Source: Colwellia asteriadis (GTDB taxonomy: Bacteria; Pseudomonadota; Gammaproteobacteria; Enterobacterales; Alteromonadaceae). From it: DNA of 40,000 nt. Where the stretch lies: contig NZ_BAAAFA010000009.1 in assembly GCF_039523295.1 (NCBI RefSeq), positions 104,217 to 144,216 of the forward strand. Reading direction: 5' to 3'. The notes beneath the pieces are model-generated. The model was not told where the DNA came from and searched no databases. It saw only the letters and a list, made by a program, of their open reading frames with translations. Made by a program: the position numbers and the translations under genes. This document shows, piece by piece, positions 26,786 to 34,487 of the stretch; positions within the stretch are counted from its first letter, which is position 1, and every line of letters begins with the position of its first letter.

Positions 26786-26992
26786 AACCTGAGCTCGGCT
26801 TAACAAATGTTTCTCTAGCAGCTATTTTTCCTAACTTCTTCGTTAAATTTACTTGCAATAGGCCAGCTATTGACGCGAAATTTACCTTGCTTATCATATG
26901 AAAAGAAGAAAAACTATCAAGCTAGAGATTCTGAAGAGTAATTTTTTCTTATATTTCAATTTGTTAAGCACTTCTTAAACCGAGTTCAGGTT
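26786..26992 (+). mobile_element. MITE-like element, copy 3 (207 bp)
   Basis: Same TIRs as the other copies. Flanked by direct TAGTT (26781-26785) and TAGTT (26992-26996). Roughly 90% identical to copy 2 by eye. Confidence 0.8.
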
Positions 26993-27025
26993 AGTTAGGG
27001 CACATATATGCCACTACATGGTTAT

Positions 27026-27718
27026 TTATAGTTTTGGCCAATTAAGTAGCCAAGGTTCATTTAATAAGGCTAACGCTTGAGTGGTAGAGTCAGCTAAAAA
27101 TAACTCGCCAGTACTTGGCTTAGCCAGAAAAGTATAAGGCGTATTAGCATAAGTAAATTTAAGGCAATAGGCATGTAAATAACCTCTATCGGCAACTGAA
27201 TTGCTATTATAGAGAGGGTCACCAATTATTGGGGCGCTAATACTACTTAATGCCACTCGTAATTGATGAGTTTTCCCCGAGTGCGGTTTTAATAAATAAA
27301 GTCGCTGTTTATTCGCAACACTGTAAGAGAAAAACTGAGTAATTGCTGGGTTTTCCATAGTGCGCATTAATTTGAACATTCCACGGCGGCTTTTCGCCAT
27401 ATCGCCTTTGATTAGCCCTTGTTTTTTGGTCGGTTTTTTATCGCTAATGGCAAGGTAATATTTTTCAATATCATGCTTAGCAAAAAGCTCTCCAAAACGT
27501 TGAGCGCTGTGTTGATTTTTTGCAAACATAACAAGCCCTGAAGTCATTTTATCAAGGCGGTGCACAGGATAAAGTTCATTGTGACTATGCTGCTGTTGCA
27601 AATACGCTTTGACTTGAGAAAACAACCCAGCGCCAAGATCTCCTTCATCATGAAAATTAACGCCGATATTTTTATCAACCACAATAAAATCGGGCTGCTC
27701 TGAAATAATTTTAAACAT
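27026..27718 (-). CDS. RluA-family pseudouridine synthase
   Basis: Catalytic HRLDKMTSGLVMFAK motif and ..GKTHQLRV.. motif. Specific paralogue not assignable. Confidence 0.8.
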   Translation of the reverse strand: MFKIISEQPDFIVVDKNIGVNFHDEGDLGAGLFSQVKAYLQQQHSHNELYPVHRLDKMTSGLVMFAKNQHSAQRFGELFAKHDIEKYYLAISDKKPTKKQGLIKGDMAKSRRGMFKLMRTMENPAITQFFSYSVANKQRLYLLKPHSGKTHQLRVALSSISAPIIGDPLYNSNSVADRGYLHAYCLKFTYANTPYTFLAKPSTGELFLADSTTQALALLNEPWLLNWPKL

Positions 27719-27796
27719 ATTAATAGGATGTTAAAAGGCTATGTTTGCTATGATAATTTAAATCTCACCTTTTTACTCTTTTTACAGGACACTATT

Positions 27797-30688
27797 TTGT
27801 CTAAATTTTCTCATTTTTCACTAGCTAGTGGTACAGCGTTTAAAAAACTATTTAACGTTACCGCTGTTGCTGCCAGTGTTGCCGTTATTGCCTCATGTAC
27901 TAACTATCAACAGCCATCCGTTGAGCTACCACAGGGCGTTAGTTTAGTTGAGAGCGTTAAGGCGCAAGAAGGCGTTGTTAATATTCCTTTTAAGAAATAT
28001 ACCTTAGCGAATGGGTTAACGGTTATTCTTCATCAAGATAACTCCGATCCATTAGTGCATGTAGATGTTACTTATCATGTTGGCTCGGCGCGTGAGCAGT
28101 TAGGTAAGTCGGGTTTTGCTCACTTTTTTGAGCATATGATGTTTCAAGGCTCTAATAACGTGGCTGATGAGCAGCACTTTAAAGTGGTAACGCAAAGTGG
28201 TGGTAACTTAAACGGCACAACCAACTCAGATCGTACCAATTACTTTGAAACAGTACCTAAAAATCAGTTAGAAAAAATGTTGTGGTTAGAGTCTGACCGT
28301 ATGGGTTTTTTACTTGAGGCTATTACCGCTGAAAAATTTGAAGTACAGCGAGCAACAGTAAAAAATGAACGAGGACAAAACGTTGATAATCGTCCTTATG
28401 GTCGTTTAAATGAAACCGTTAACCAAATGATATTTCCACGAGAACATCCATATTCTTGGCCGGTTATTGGTTATATGAGTGATTTAGATCGTGGTACCGT
28501 TACCGACTTAAAAGAGTTTTTCTCACGCTGGTACGGCCCTAACAATGCAGTATTAACTATCGGTGGTGATATTGACGAAGCTCAAACACTTGCCTGGGTT
28601 AACCAGTATTTTGGTGAACTTAAAGCAGGACCTGCAGTTGAGCCATTAGCGAAAACGCCAGTGAGCTTAGCAGATAACCGTTATTACTCCTTTAGCGACA
28701 ACGTATCATTACCACTGCTTTATATCAGTTTTCCAACGGTTTATGGTATGCATGACGATGAGCCTGCTCTTGATGTGCTTGCGAATATTCTAGGTGGCGG
28801 TCCAACCTCTCTACTTTATAAAAATTTAGTCAAATCAGGTGTTGCAGTGCAAGCAGGTACCAGTCACCCATGTCGTGAGTTGGTTTGCCAAATGAATTTT
28901 TACGCCTTGCCTAATCCTCAACAAGGTTTAGCATTAGCTAATATTGAGCAAGTGATTAACGACACGTTGGTTGAGTTTGAAAACCGTGGCGTTAACGATG
29001 ACGATTTGTTAAAAACTAAAGTCAGTATTGAAACTGATACTATTTATGGTTTACAGAGTGTTTCGGGTAAAGTCTCTAACTTGGCGCATTACCAAACTAT
29101 GCTCGATGATGCTAATTATACTGAGCAGCAAGTGGCACGTTATAACCAGGTGACTAAAGCCGATGTCATGCGTGTTTTTAATCAATACATTAAAGGTAAA
29201 GGCGCTGCGGTTTTATCGATAGTGCCGCACGGACAAGAAGCGCTAGTGGCTAAAGCTGATAACTTTACCTTGCCTGATGTCAGTAACCCGCCAGCCGTAG
29301 TAGAGTTAGACACGCCTATTATGAAAAATATTAGTGATTTTGACCGTAGCGTTATGCCAAGTGCGGGTGAAAATCCACAAGTGAAAGTTCCTGAGTTATG
29401 GCGTGAAAGTTTTGCGAATGGCATGGAGGTTATTGCCAGCGAAAATAATGAAACACCGACGGTAAGTTTATTATTAAGCCTTGAAGGCGGTCCATTATTA
29501 GACCCTATTGATAAAGCTGGCTTAGCGCAATTAACTGCAAGTTTAATGAATGAAGGTACTTTAGCACGTTCTAAAGAGGCACTCTCGAATGAGCTTGCTA
29601 AATTAGGCAGTGACATATCTTTTGGCGCATCAGGACGTAATACCTTTATTAGTGTCAGTAGTTTAGTAAAAAACCTAGATGCTACTTTGGTGCTATTACA
29701 TGAAATGATGTTTAATCCACTGTTTGCACAAGCAGACTTTGACCGCGTTAAAAATCAAACCATTCAAGGATTAGAGCAAGGAAATAAAGATGCTCGTACC
29801 TTAGCCCGTAATGCTTTTAAACAAGTTACTTACGGTAAAGGTAATCGTGTTGGTTTAGCCGATAGCGGTACAATCACGACCGTAAATACCATTACCTTGG
29901 CTGATGTTAAGGGCTTTTATAAGCAATACTTCTCGCCAAGTAAATCAAGCTTAGTCGTCGTTGGCGATGTTAGTAGGGGCGATTTATTACCTAAACTTAA
30001 ACGCCTTAAATCATGGCAAGGACAAAGTTATACCATAAACACTGATTTTACCTTACCTGAAGTAACACCAAACAAGGTGTACTTTGTTGATTTACCTAAT
30101 GCCAGTCAGTCGTCAATTAAGCTATCTCGCCGTGCTATGACCTATGATGCAACCTCAGAATACTTTAAAGCTAGCTTAATGAACTATCCACTTGGTCGTG
30201 CTTTTAATAGCCGTATTAATCTAAATTTACGTGAAGATAAAGGTTATACCTATGGTGCATCGAGTTATTTTTCTGGTGGTAAAACGCAAGGAAGCTTCAG
30301 CGCAGGCGCAAGTGTGAAAAAAGAGCACACTTATGATGCTATGGTTGAAATTGAAAATGAAATTAAAAACTATCAAGAAAAAGGGCTAACTGATGATGAA
30401 GTTACTTTTATGCGCCAAGCTATTTCACAAAGTGAAGCGTTAAGTTTTGAAACGCCTAGTCAAAAGAGTGGCTTTTTAAGACAGTTGCTACAATTTAATT
30501 TACCCACTAATTATGGTGAGCAGCAAACTGAAATTATTCAAAATATTACGCTAGCACAATTAAATGCTATTGCGGCTGAAGAATTAGCTAAGCCGATGCA
30601 ATGGATTGTGGTTGGGGACGGTCAAATAGTTAGACCACAACTTGAAAAATTAAATGTTGATGTTGTCGATTTAACATTAGCGCAATAA
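27797..30688 (+). CDS. Insulinase-family (M16) zinc metallopeptidase, double-module, probable lipoprotein
   Basis: Inverted zinc motif HFFEHMMFQGS and downstream ..NGTTN.DRTNYFE.. The second half is an inactive M16 module. TTG 27797 has AGGA 7 nt upstream and yields a signal peptide ending in the lipobox VIASC. The ORF track start ATG 27728 lies only 9 bp from the divergent gene. Confidence 0.85.
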   Translation: MSKFSHFSLASGTAFKKLFNVTAVAASVAVIASCTNYQQPSVELPQGVSLVESVKAQEGVVNIPFKKYTLANGLTVILHQDNSDPLVHVDVTYHVGSAREQLGKSGFAHFFEHMMFQGSNNVADEQHFKVVTQSGGNLNGTTNSDRTNYFETVPKNQLEKMLWLESDRMGFLLEAITAEKFEVQRATVKNERGQNVDNRPYGRLNETVNQMIFPREHPYSWPVIGYMSDLDRGTVTDLKEFFSRWYGPNNAVLTIGGDIDEAQTLAWVNQYFGELKAGPAVEPLAKTPVSLADNRYYSFSDNVSLPLLYISFPTVYGMHDDEPALDVLANILGGGPTSLLYKNLVKSGVAVQAGTSHPCRELVCQMNFYALPNPQQGLALANIEQVINDTLVEFENRGVNDDDLLKTKVSIETDTIYGLQSVSGKVSNLAHYQTMLDDANYTEQQVARYNQVTKADVMRVFNQYIKGKGAAVLSIVPHGQEALVAKADNFTLPDVSNPPAVVELDTPIMKNISDFDRSVMPSAGENPQVKVPELWRESFANGMEVIASENNETPTVSLLLSLEGGPLLDPIDKAGLAQLTASLMNEGTLARSKEALSNELAKLGSDISFGASGRNTFISVSSLVKNLDATLVLLHEMMFNPLFAQADFDRVKNQTIQGLEQGNKDARTLARNAFKQVTYGKGNRVGLADSGTITTVNTITLADVKGFYKQYFSPSKSSLVVVGDVSRGDLLPKLKRLKSWQGQSYTINTDFTLPEVTPNKVYFVDLPNASQSSIKLSRRAMTYDATSEYFKASLMNYPLGRAFNSRINLNLREDKGYTYGASSYFSGGKTQGSFSAGASVKKEHTYDAMVEIENEIKNYQEKGLTDDEVTFMRQAISQSEALSFETPSQKSGFLRQLLQFNLPTNYGEQQTEIIQNITLAQLNAIAAEELAKPMQWIVVGDGQIVRPQLEKLNVDVVDLTLAQ

Positions 30689-30871
30689 TAAAGTTGTTCT
30701 GAACTATTGAAATCACAACGTTAACCCTCATTTAGTTGATATCTAATTGAGGGTTATCTTTTTCATAACGTAAATTACGTTAATATGTTTTAGTGCATAT
30801 CTTTTGGTAGCCTTTTGCTGTTAACGTAGCAACTATAAATAACGTCTCAAGTTAATGAAACAGGAACGATT

Positions 30872-32452
30872 TTGACATTATCATTAAACGATTATATCGG
30901 TGCTTTTAGCCAACACGACAACTTATCTGCTTTAACAGGTATTGGTCGAGGCATAGAGCGAGAAGCATTACGAGTGTTGCCCGAGGGGAAGCTCTCTACT
31001 CATGGTCATTATCACCAACTTGGCTCGGCACTCACTCATGAGCAGATCACCACTGATTATGCCGAATCATTATTAGAGTTTATTACGCCTGTTAGTCACT
31101 CACCAGAGCAAACTATTGCTCAGCTGCAAGATATTCAAAAGTTTACTTTCGAGAATATTGAAGGTGAATGGTTATGGCCGATGAGTATGCCTTGCTTTGT
31201 GAGCGATGCTGATACCATTGAGCTGGCACAATATGGTAGTTCTAATATAGGAACGATGAAAACGGTTTATCGACAAGGCTTGAAAAACCGCTACGGCTCT
31301 ATGATGCAAGTGATTGCTGGAATTCATTTTAACTTTTCTTTTTCACATGATTTTTGGACGTTACAACAAAGCTTACATGAAAATACTCAGCCACTTGATG
31401 AGTTTATCTCAGAAGGTTATTTTTCAATTTTACGTAATTACAAACGCTTTTGCTGGTTAATACCTTATTTATACGGTAGTTCACCGGTAATATGTCGCTC
31501 ATTCTTGCAAGGTAGAGAAACCTCGCTACCTTTTAAACAAACACCATTTGGCGCTTTGTATTTAGAGCATGCGACTTCTTTACGTATGAGTGATTTAGGC
31601 TATACCAGCAGCGAGCAATCATCATTAAAAATTTGTTATAACAATTTAGCTGACTATGTTGAGGCCGTGCAACAGGCGATTAAATTAAAATCAAATGATT
31701 TTGCCGAAATTGGCGTGAAGGTTGACGGTAAATATCAGCAACTTAACGACAACGTATTACAAATTGAAAATGAGCTATATGCTCCTATTCGTCCTAAGCG
31801 TGTTGCTAAGTCGGGTGAAAAACCTTCTCAAGCACTAGGCAAACGTGGTGTTGAATATATTGAAGTGCGTGCTCTTGATGTGAACCCTTTTGTTGAAACA
31901 GGGATCAGTATTGAGCAAGTTTACTTTTTAGATGTGTTTTTAACCTTTTGTGCCTTTGCAGGAGATCACGAGCTTGACTGTGAAAGCCAGCGTGTTAATG
32001 AAAAAAATATGCATGAGGTGGTATTACGTGGTCGTGATCCCGCATTGTTACTCGCTGATATAAATACTGACGGCGTTTCTACAGAAAAGTCAGTAAAACA
32101 GTGGGGTAATGAATTATTTGAGCAAATGCAGCAAGTGGCAACTTTACTTGATCAGGCTTACCACAGCACAAAATACACTGAAGCGGTTACACGTGAGTGG
32201 GCCAAAATTACCGACAGTAATTTAACGCCATCAGCACAAATATTAGCGATAGTGCAAGAGCAAAAGCTAACAGATTATTCGTTAGCTCAAGCGAAAAAAT
32301 ATCAAGAGCAAGCAATACAGCGCGATTATCAGTTTTATTCACAAGAGCACTTTATTGAGAGTGCTAAGCAGTCGCACATAGAGAGACAAGCGATTGAAAA
32401 TGAAGATACGCTTAATTTTGATGATTTTTTAGAGCATTATTTTAATAAGTAA
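30872..32452 (+). CDS. gshA: Glutamate--cysteine ligase
   Basis: GIEREALRV..LGSALTHEQITTDYAESLLEFITPV..WPMSMPC..IELAQYGSSNIG..YRQGLKNRYG is collinear with E. coli GshA. TTG start. Confidence 0.9.
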   Translation: MTLSLNDYIGAFSQHDNLSALTGIGRGIEREALRVLPEGKLSTHGHYHQLGSALTHEQITTDYAESLLEFITPVSHSPEQTIAQLQDIQKFTFENIEGEWLWPMSMPCFVSDADTIELAQYGSSNIGTMKTVYRQGLKNRYGSMMQVIAGIHFNFSFSHDFWTLQQSLHENTQPLDEFISEGYFSILRNYKRFCWLIPYLYGSSPVICRSFLQGRETSLPFKQTPFGALYLEHATSLRMSDLGYTSSEQSSLKICYNNLADYVEAVQQAIKLKSNDFAEIGVKVDGKYQQLNDNVLQIENELYAPIRPKRVAKSGEKPSQALGKRGVEYIEVRALDVNPFVETGISIEQVYFLDVFLTFCAFAGDHELDCESQRVNEKNMHEVVLRGRDPALLLADINTDGVSTEKSVKQWGNELFEQMQQVATLLDQAYHSTKYTEAVTREWAKITDSNLTPSAQILAIVQEQKLTDYSLAQAKKYQEQAIQRDYQFYSQEHFIESAKQSHIERQAIENEDTLNFDDFLEHYFNK

Positions 32453-32500
32453 TGTAAGGGAGTAATGACTAACGCTGTCATTGCTTTATTAATGCATATA

Positions 32501-32548
32501 AAGGCTAACCCAATGTACATTTTATGTATGGGGTTAGCTTTTTTTTAT
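32501..32548 (+). terminator. gshA rho-independent terminator
   Basis: GCTAACCC (32504-32511) pairs with GGGTTAGC (32531-32538), with inner TACAT/ATGTA pairing, followed by T9. Confidence 0.7.
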
Positions 32549-32594
32549 GCGTTTTTTCACTGTAATATTAACTACTATGGCATGAGATGAGGGC

Positions 32595-32687
32595 AAAAAA
32601 ATACGCCCACTAAGGAGCGTATAAAACATGAAACACTAGGGAGTACATTACTCCTAATATAAGAGTGCTTATATTCTAATTAGTTCA
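32595..32687 (-). ncRNA. Candidate sRNA, array unit A (divergent paralogue)
   Basis: Minus-strand hairpin TACGCTC/GGGCGTA followed by T7. Its stem substitution gives G-U on the minus-strand transcript but C-A on the plus. Upstream TTTACA-N18-AATATT. The 5' end is a guess. Confidence 0.3.
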
Positions 32688-32745
32688 AAAAATATTCAAT
32701 CTTTTTATTTTAAGTGTAAATAGTAGGTTTTGGCCAATTTTAGAC

Positions 32746-32834
32746 AAAAAAATACGCTCACAATGGAGCGTATAAAAACATGATAAGGGAATAACATTAC
32801 TGTTAAGTAAGAGTGTAGTCTTGCTAGTTAGTTC
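32746..32834 (-). ncRNA. Candidate ~89-nt sRNA, array unit B
   Basis: Minus strand reads TTAGCT-N17-TAAAAT (32869-32841). The predicted start is near 32834. The body carries the hairpin UAACA-GUAA-UGUUA and a U/C-rich UUAUUCCCUUAUCAUGUUUUU stretch. The terminator is ATACGCTC-CATTGT-GAGCGTAT followed by T7. Confidence 0.4.
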
Positions 32835-32915
32835 AATTTAATTTTACTTTTCTTGAGTAAATTAGCTAAATTTTAATTTTTATTCAGCTTAAACACGACA
32901 TACTGAATTTTAGGC

Positions 32916-33004
32916 AAAAAAATACGCTCACAACGGAGCGTATAAAAACATGATAAGGGAATAACATTACTGTTAAGTAAGAGTGTAGTCTTGCTAGTTA
33001 GTTC
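32916..33004 (-). ncRNA. Candidate ~89-nt sRNA, array unit C
   Basis: Same architecture as unit B. Promoter-like TTAGCT-N17-TAAAAT is conserved and the terminator is intact, with only a loop substitution. Confidence 0.4.
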
Positions 33005-33085
33005 AATTTAATTTTACTTTTATTGAGTAAATAAGCTAAATTTTTAATTTTATTCAGTTTAAACACGACATACTGAATTTTAGAC

Positions 33086-33173
33086 AAAAAAATACGCTCA
33101 CAATGGAGCGTATAAAAAACATTAAGGGAATAACATTACTGTTAAGTAAGAGTGTAGTCTTGCTAGTTAGTTC
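33086..33173 (-). ncRNA. Candidate ~88-nt sRNA, array unit D
   Basis: Same architecture as unit B, with a 1-nt net deletion just upstream of the terminator. Promoter-like element conserved. Confidence 0.4.
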
Positions 33174-33254
33174 AATTTAATTTTACTTTTATTGAGTAAA
33201 ATAGCTAAATTTTTAATTTTATTCAGTTTAAATACGACATACTGAATTTTAGGC

Positions 33255-33343
33255 AAAAAAATACGCTCACAACGGAGCGTATAAAAACATGATAAGGGAA
33301 TAACATTACTGTTAAGTAAGAGTATGGTATTTTCATTTAGTTC
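33255..33343 (-). ncRNA. Candidate sRNA, array unit E (divergent 5' and promoter region)
   Basis: The terminator and 3' two-thirds are identical to units B-D. The region upstream of about 33325 diverges and the -10 is not conserved. Confidence 0.25.
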
Positions 33344-33434
33344 CATTTCATTTGTTTTTTCCTTAAATTATTTTTATGCAATGTGTCATGAGTTCTGGCA
33401 TTATCTTAACTACCTGTAAGTTAGTTGATTTTTT

Positions 33435-34055
33435 ATGTTTAAATTTAAAACCATTACGGCAAGTACGTTAAGCGTAATATTACTCTCAAGTTGCGCAACG
33501 CCTCCTCCTAAAAACCCTGAAAATATCTGTGAAATATTTAGAGAGCACAGAGATTGGTATGATGCTGCTAAAGCAACTCAAGAGCGCTGGGGTGTTCCGA
33601 TTCATGTGCCTATCAGTATGATGTACCAAGAAAGCTCGTTTCGCCATAACGCCTTACCTCCTAGAGATTATCTTTTAGGGTTTATTCCATGGGGAAGAGT
33701 GAGTACTGCTTATGGTTACTCTCAAGCGAAAACCATGACCTGGGATGACTATACGCGTGAAACAGGCAATAACTGGGCAAGCAGGGAAGATTTTGATGAT
33801 GCAATTGATTTTATGGGTTGGTTTATTTATAAAACCCAAAAAGTAAATGGTGTTTCTAAGTGGGATGCTTACAATCAATATTTAAATTACCACGAAGGCT
33901 GGGGTGGCTTTAAACGTAAAAGTTACAAAAAGAAGCCTTGGTTGATGAAAGTTTCACGCAAAGTAGATGATCGTGCGCGTCGTTATAGTAGTCAGTTAAA
34001 AAGTTGTGAGAAAGAGTTTCAGCATGGCTGGTTATGGAGATTATTTTTTGGTTAG
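33435..34055 (+). CDS. Lipoprotein with lytic-transglycosylase (SLT)-like catalytic motif
   Basis: Lipobox LLSSC. The MMYQESSFRHNA motif resembles the SLT catalytic E-S motif, and ..AYGYSQ.. follows. Confidence 0.6.
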   Translation: MFKFKTITASTLSVILLSSCATPPPKNPENICEIFREHRDWYDAAKATQERWGVPIHVPISMMYQESSFRHNALPPRDYLLGFIPWGRVSTAYGYSQAKTMTWDDYTRETGNNWASREDFDDAIDFMGWFIYKTQKVNGVSKWDAYNQYLNYHEGWGGFKRKSYKKKPWLMKVSRKVDDRARRYSSQLKSCEKEFQHGWLWRLFFG

Positions 34056-34290
34056 CTGTAAATATAGCCAAAATGTAAAAATTGCCTGAAAGCCTTATAG
34101 ATTAGTAACTGTACAACGCATAAATCTTGCCAATTTAGTTTTTTTAGCACGAAAATCCTCTTAAGCGAGCAGGAATAGTAGCTGTAGAAATAGCTACTTA
34201 TTTAAGAGAAAAATAACAAAATAAAGTTATTATTTTTGTTAAATAAATGTTGAAAATGCTAAAGGCTGTAATTTATAGGGGTAGGATATG

Positions 34291-34362
34291 TTATCCACAG
34301 AAATTGTGGAAAGCTAATAAGTTAAAAATATTAGCTATGCCTGTGGATAACTTTTTGGATAA
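34291..34362. promoter_or_regulatory. Cluster of four DnaA-box-like 9-mers
   Basis: TTATCCACA at 34291-34299 (+, 9/9). TGTGGAAAG at 34305-34313 (-, 7/9). TGTGGATAA at 34342-34350 (-, 9/9). TTTGGATAA at 34354-34362 (-, 8/9). Confidence 0.55.
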
Positions 34363-34394
34363 CTTTATGTCGGTATTTATATCTGTTATTTTTT

Positions 34395-34457
34395 GAGCAG
34401 AAAATAATTTTGCTAATATTTAAATTTGTTAAATATCTTTTAAACCGAGTTCAGGTT
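34395..34457 (+). repeat. Solo right-end fragment (~63 bp) of the MITE-like element
   Basis: GAGCAGAAAATAATTTTGCTAATATTTAAATTTGTTAAATATCTTTTAAACCGAGTTCAGGTT aligns with the right third of the full copies. No left end nearby. Confidence 0.7.
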
Positions 34458-34487
34458 AAGTACATTAGTGTTGAGTTAGTAAAGTTA

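Larger units (their letters stand above)
32594..33350. repeat. Tandem array of five ~170-bp units (A divergent 151 bp; B, C, D 170/170/169 bp; E partly divergent)
   Basis: The anchor CAAAAAAATACGC recurs at 32594, 32745, 32915, 33085 and 33254. Units B-D are near-identical. No ORFs. Confidence 0.9.

Noticed and set aside
27728-27796. ATG 27728 as the M16 peptidase start (ORF-track start).
   Set aside because: It lies 9 bp from the divergent RluA-family start and adds a non-signal-like 23-aa extension (MLKGYVCYDNLNL...). TTG 27797 has an AGGA RBS and gives a clean lipoprotein signal peptide. The choice remains uncertain.
32778-32792. Tiny plus-strand ORF in each array unit (ATG ATA AGG GAA TAA).
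   Set aside because: It has only four codons and no RBS. The ATG is lost in unit D (CATTAAGGG) while the rest of the unit is conserved.
32594-33350. Considered whether the tandem array is a CRISPR array.
   Set aside because: The whole ~170-bp unit is repeated, with no short conserved repeats alternating with unique spacers. No cas genes are in the window, and the unit is far longer than CRISPR periodicity.
34201-34400. Considered whether the DnaA-box cluster is the chromosomal origin oriC.
   Set aside because: There are only four boxes, no GATC clustering, no recognisable AT-rich 13-mer unwinding repeats and no mnmG/mioC/dnaA-type neighbours. A secondary DnaA-binding site is more plausible.
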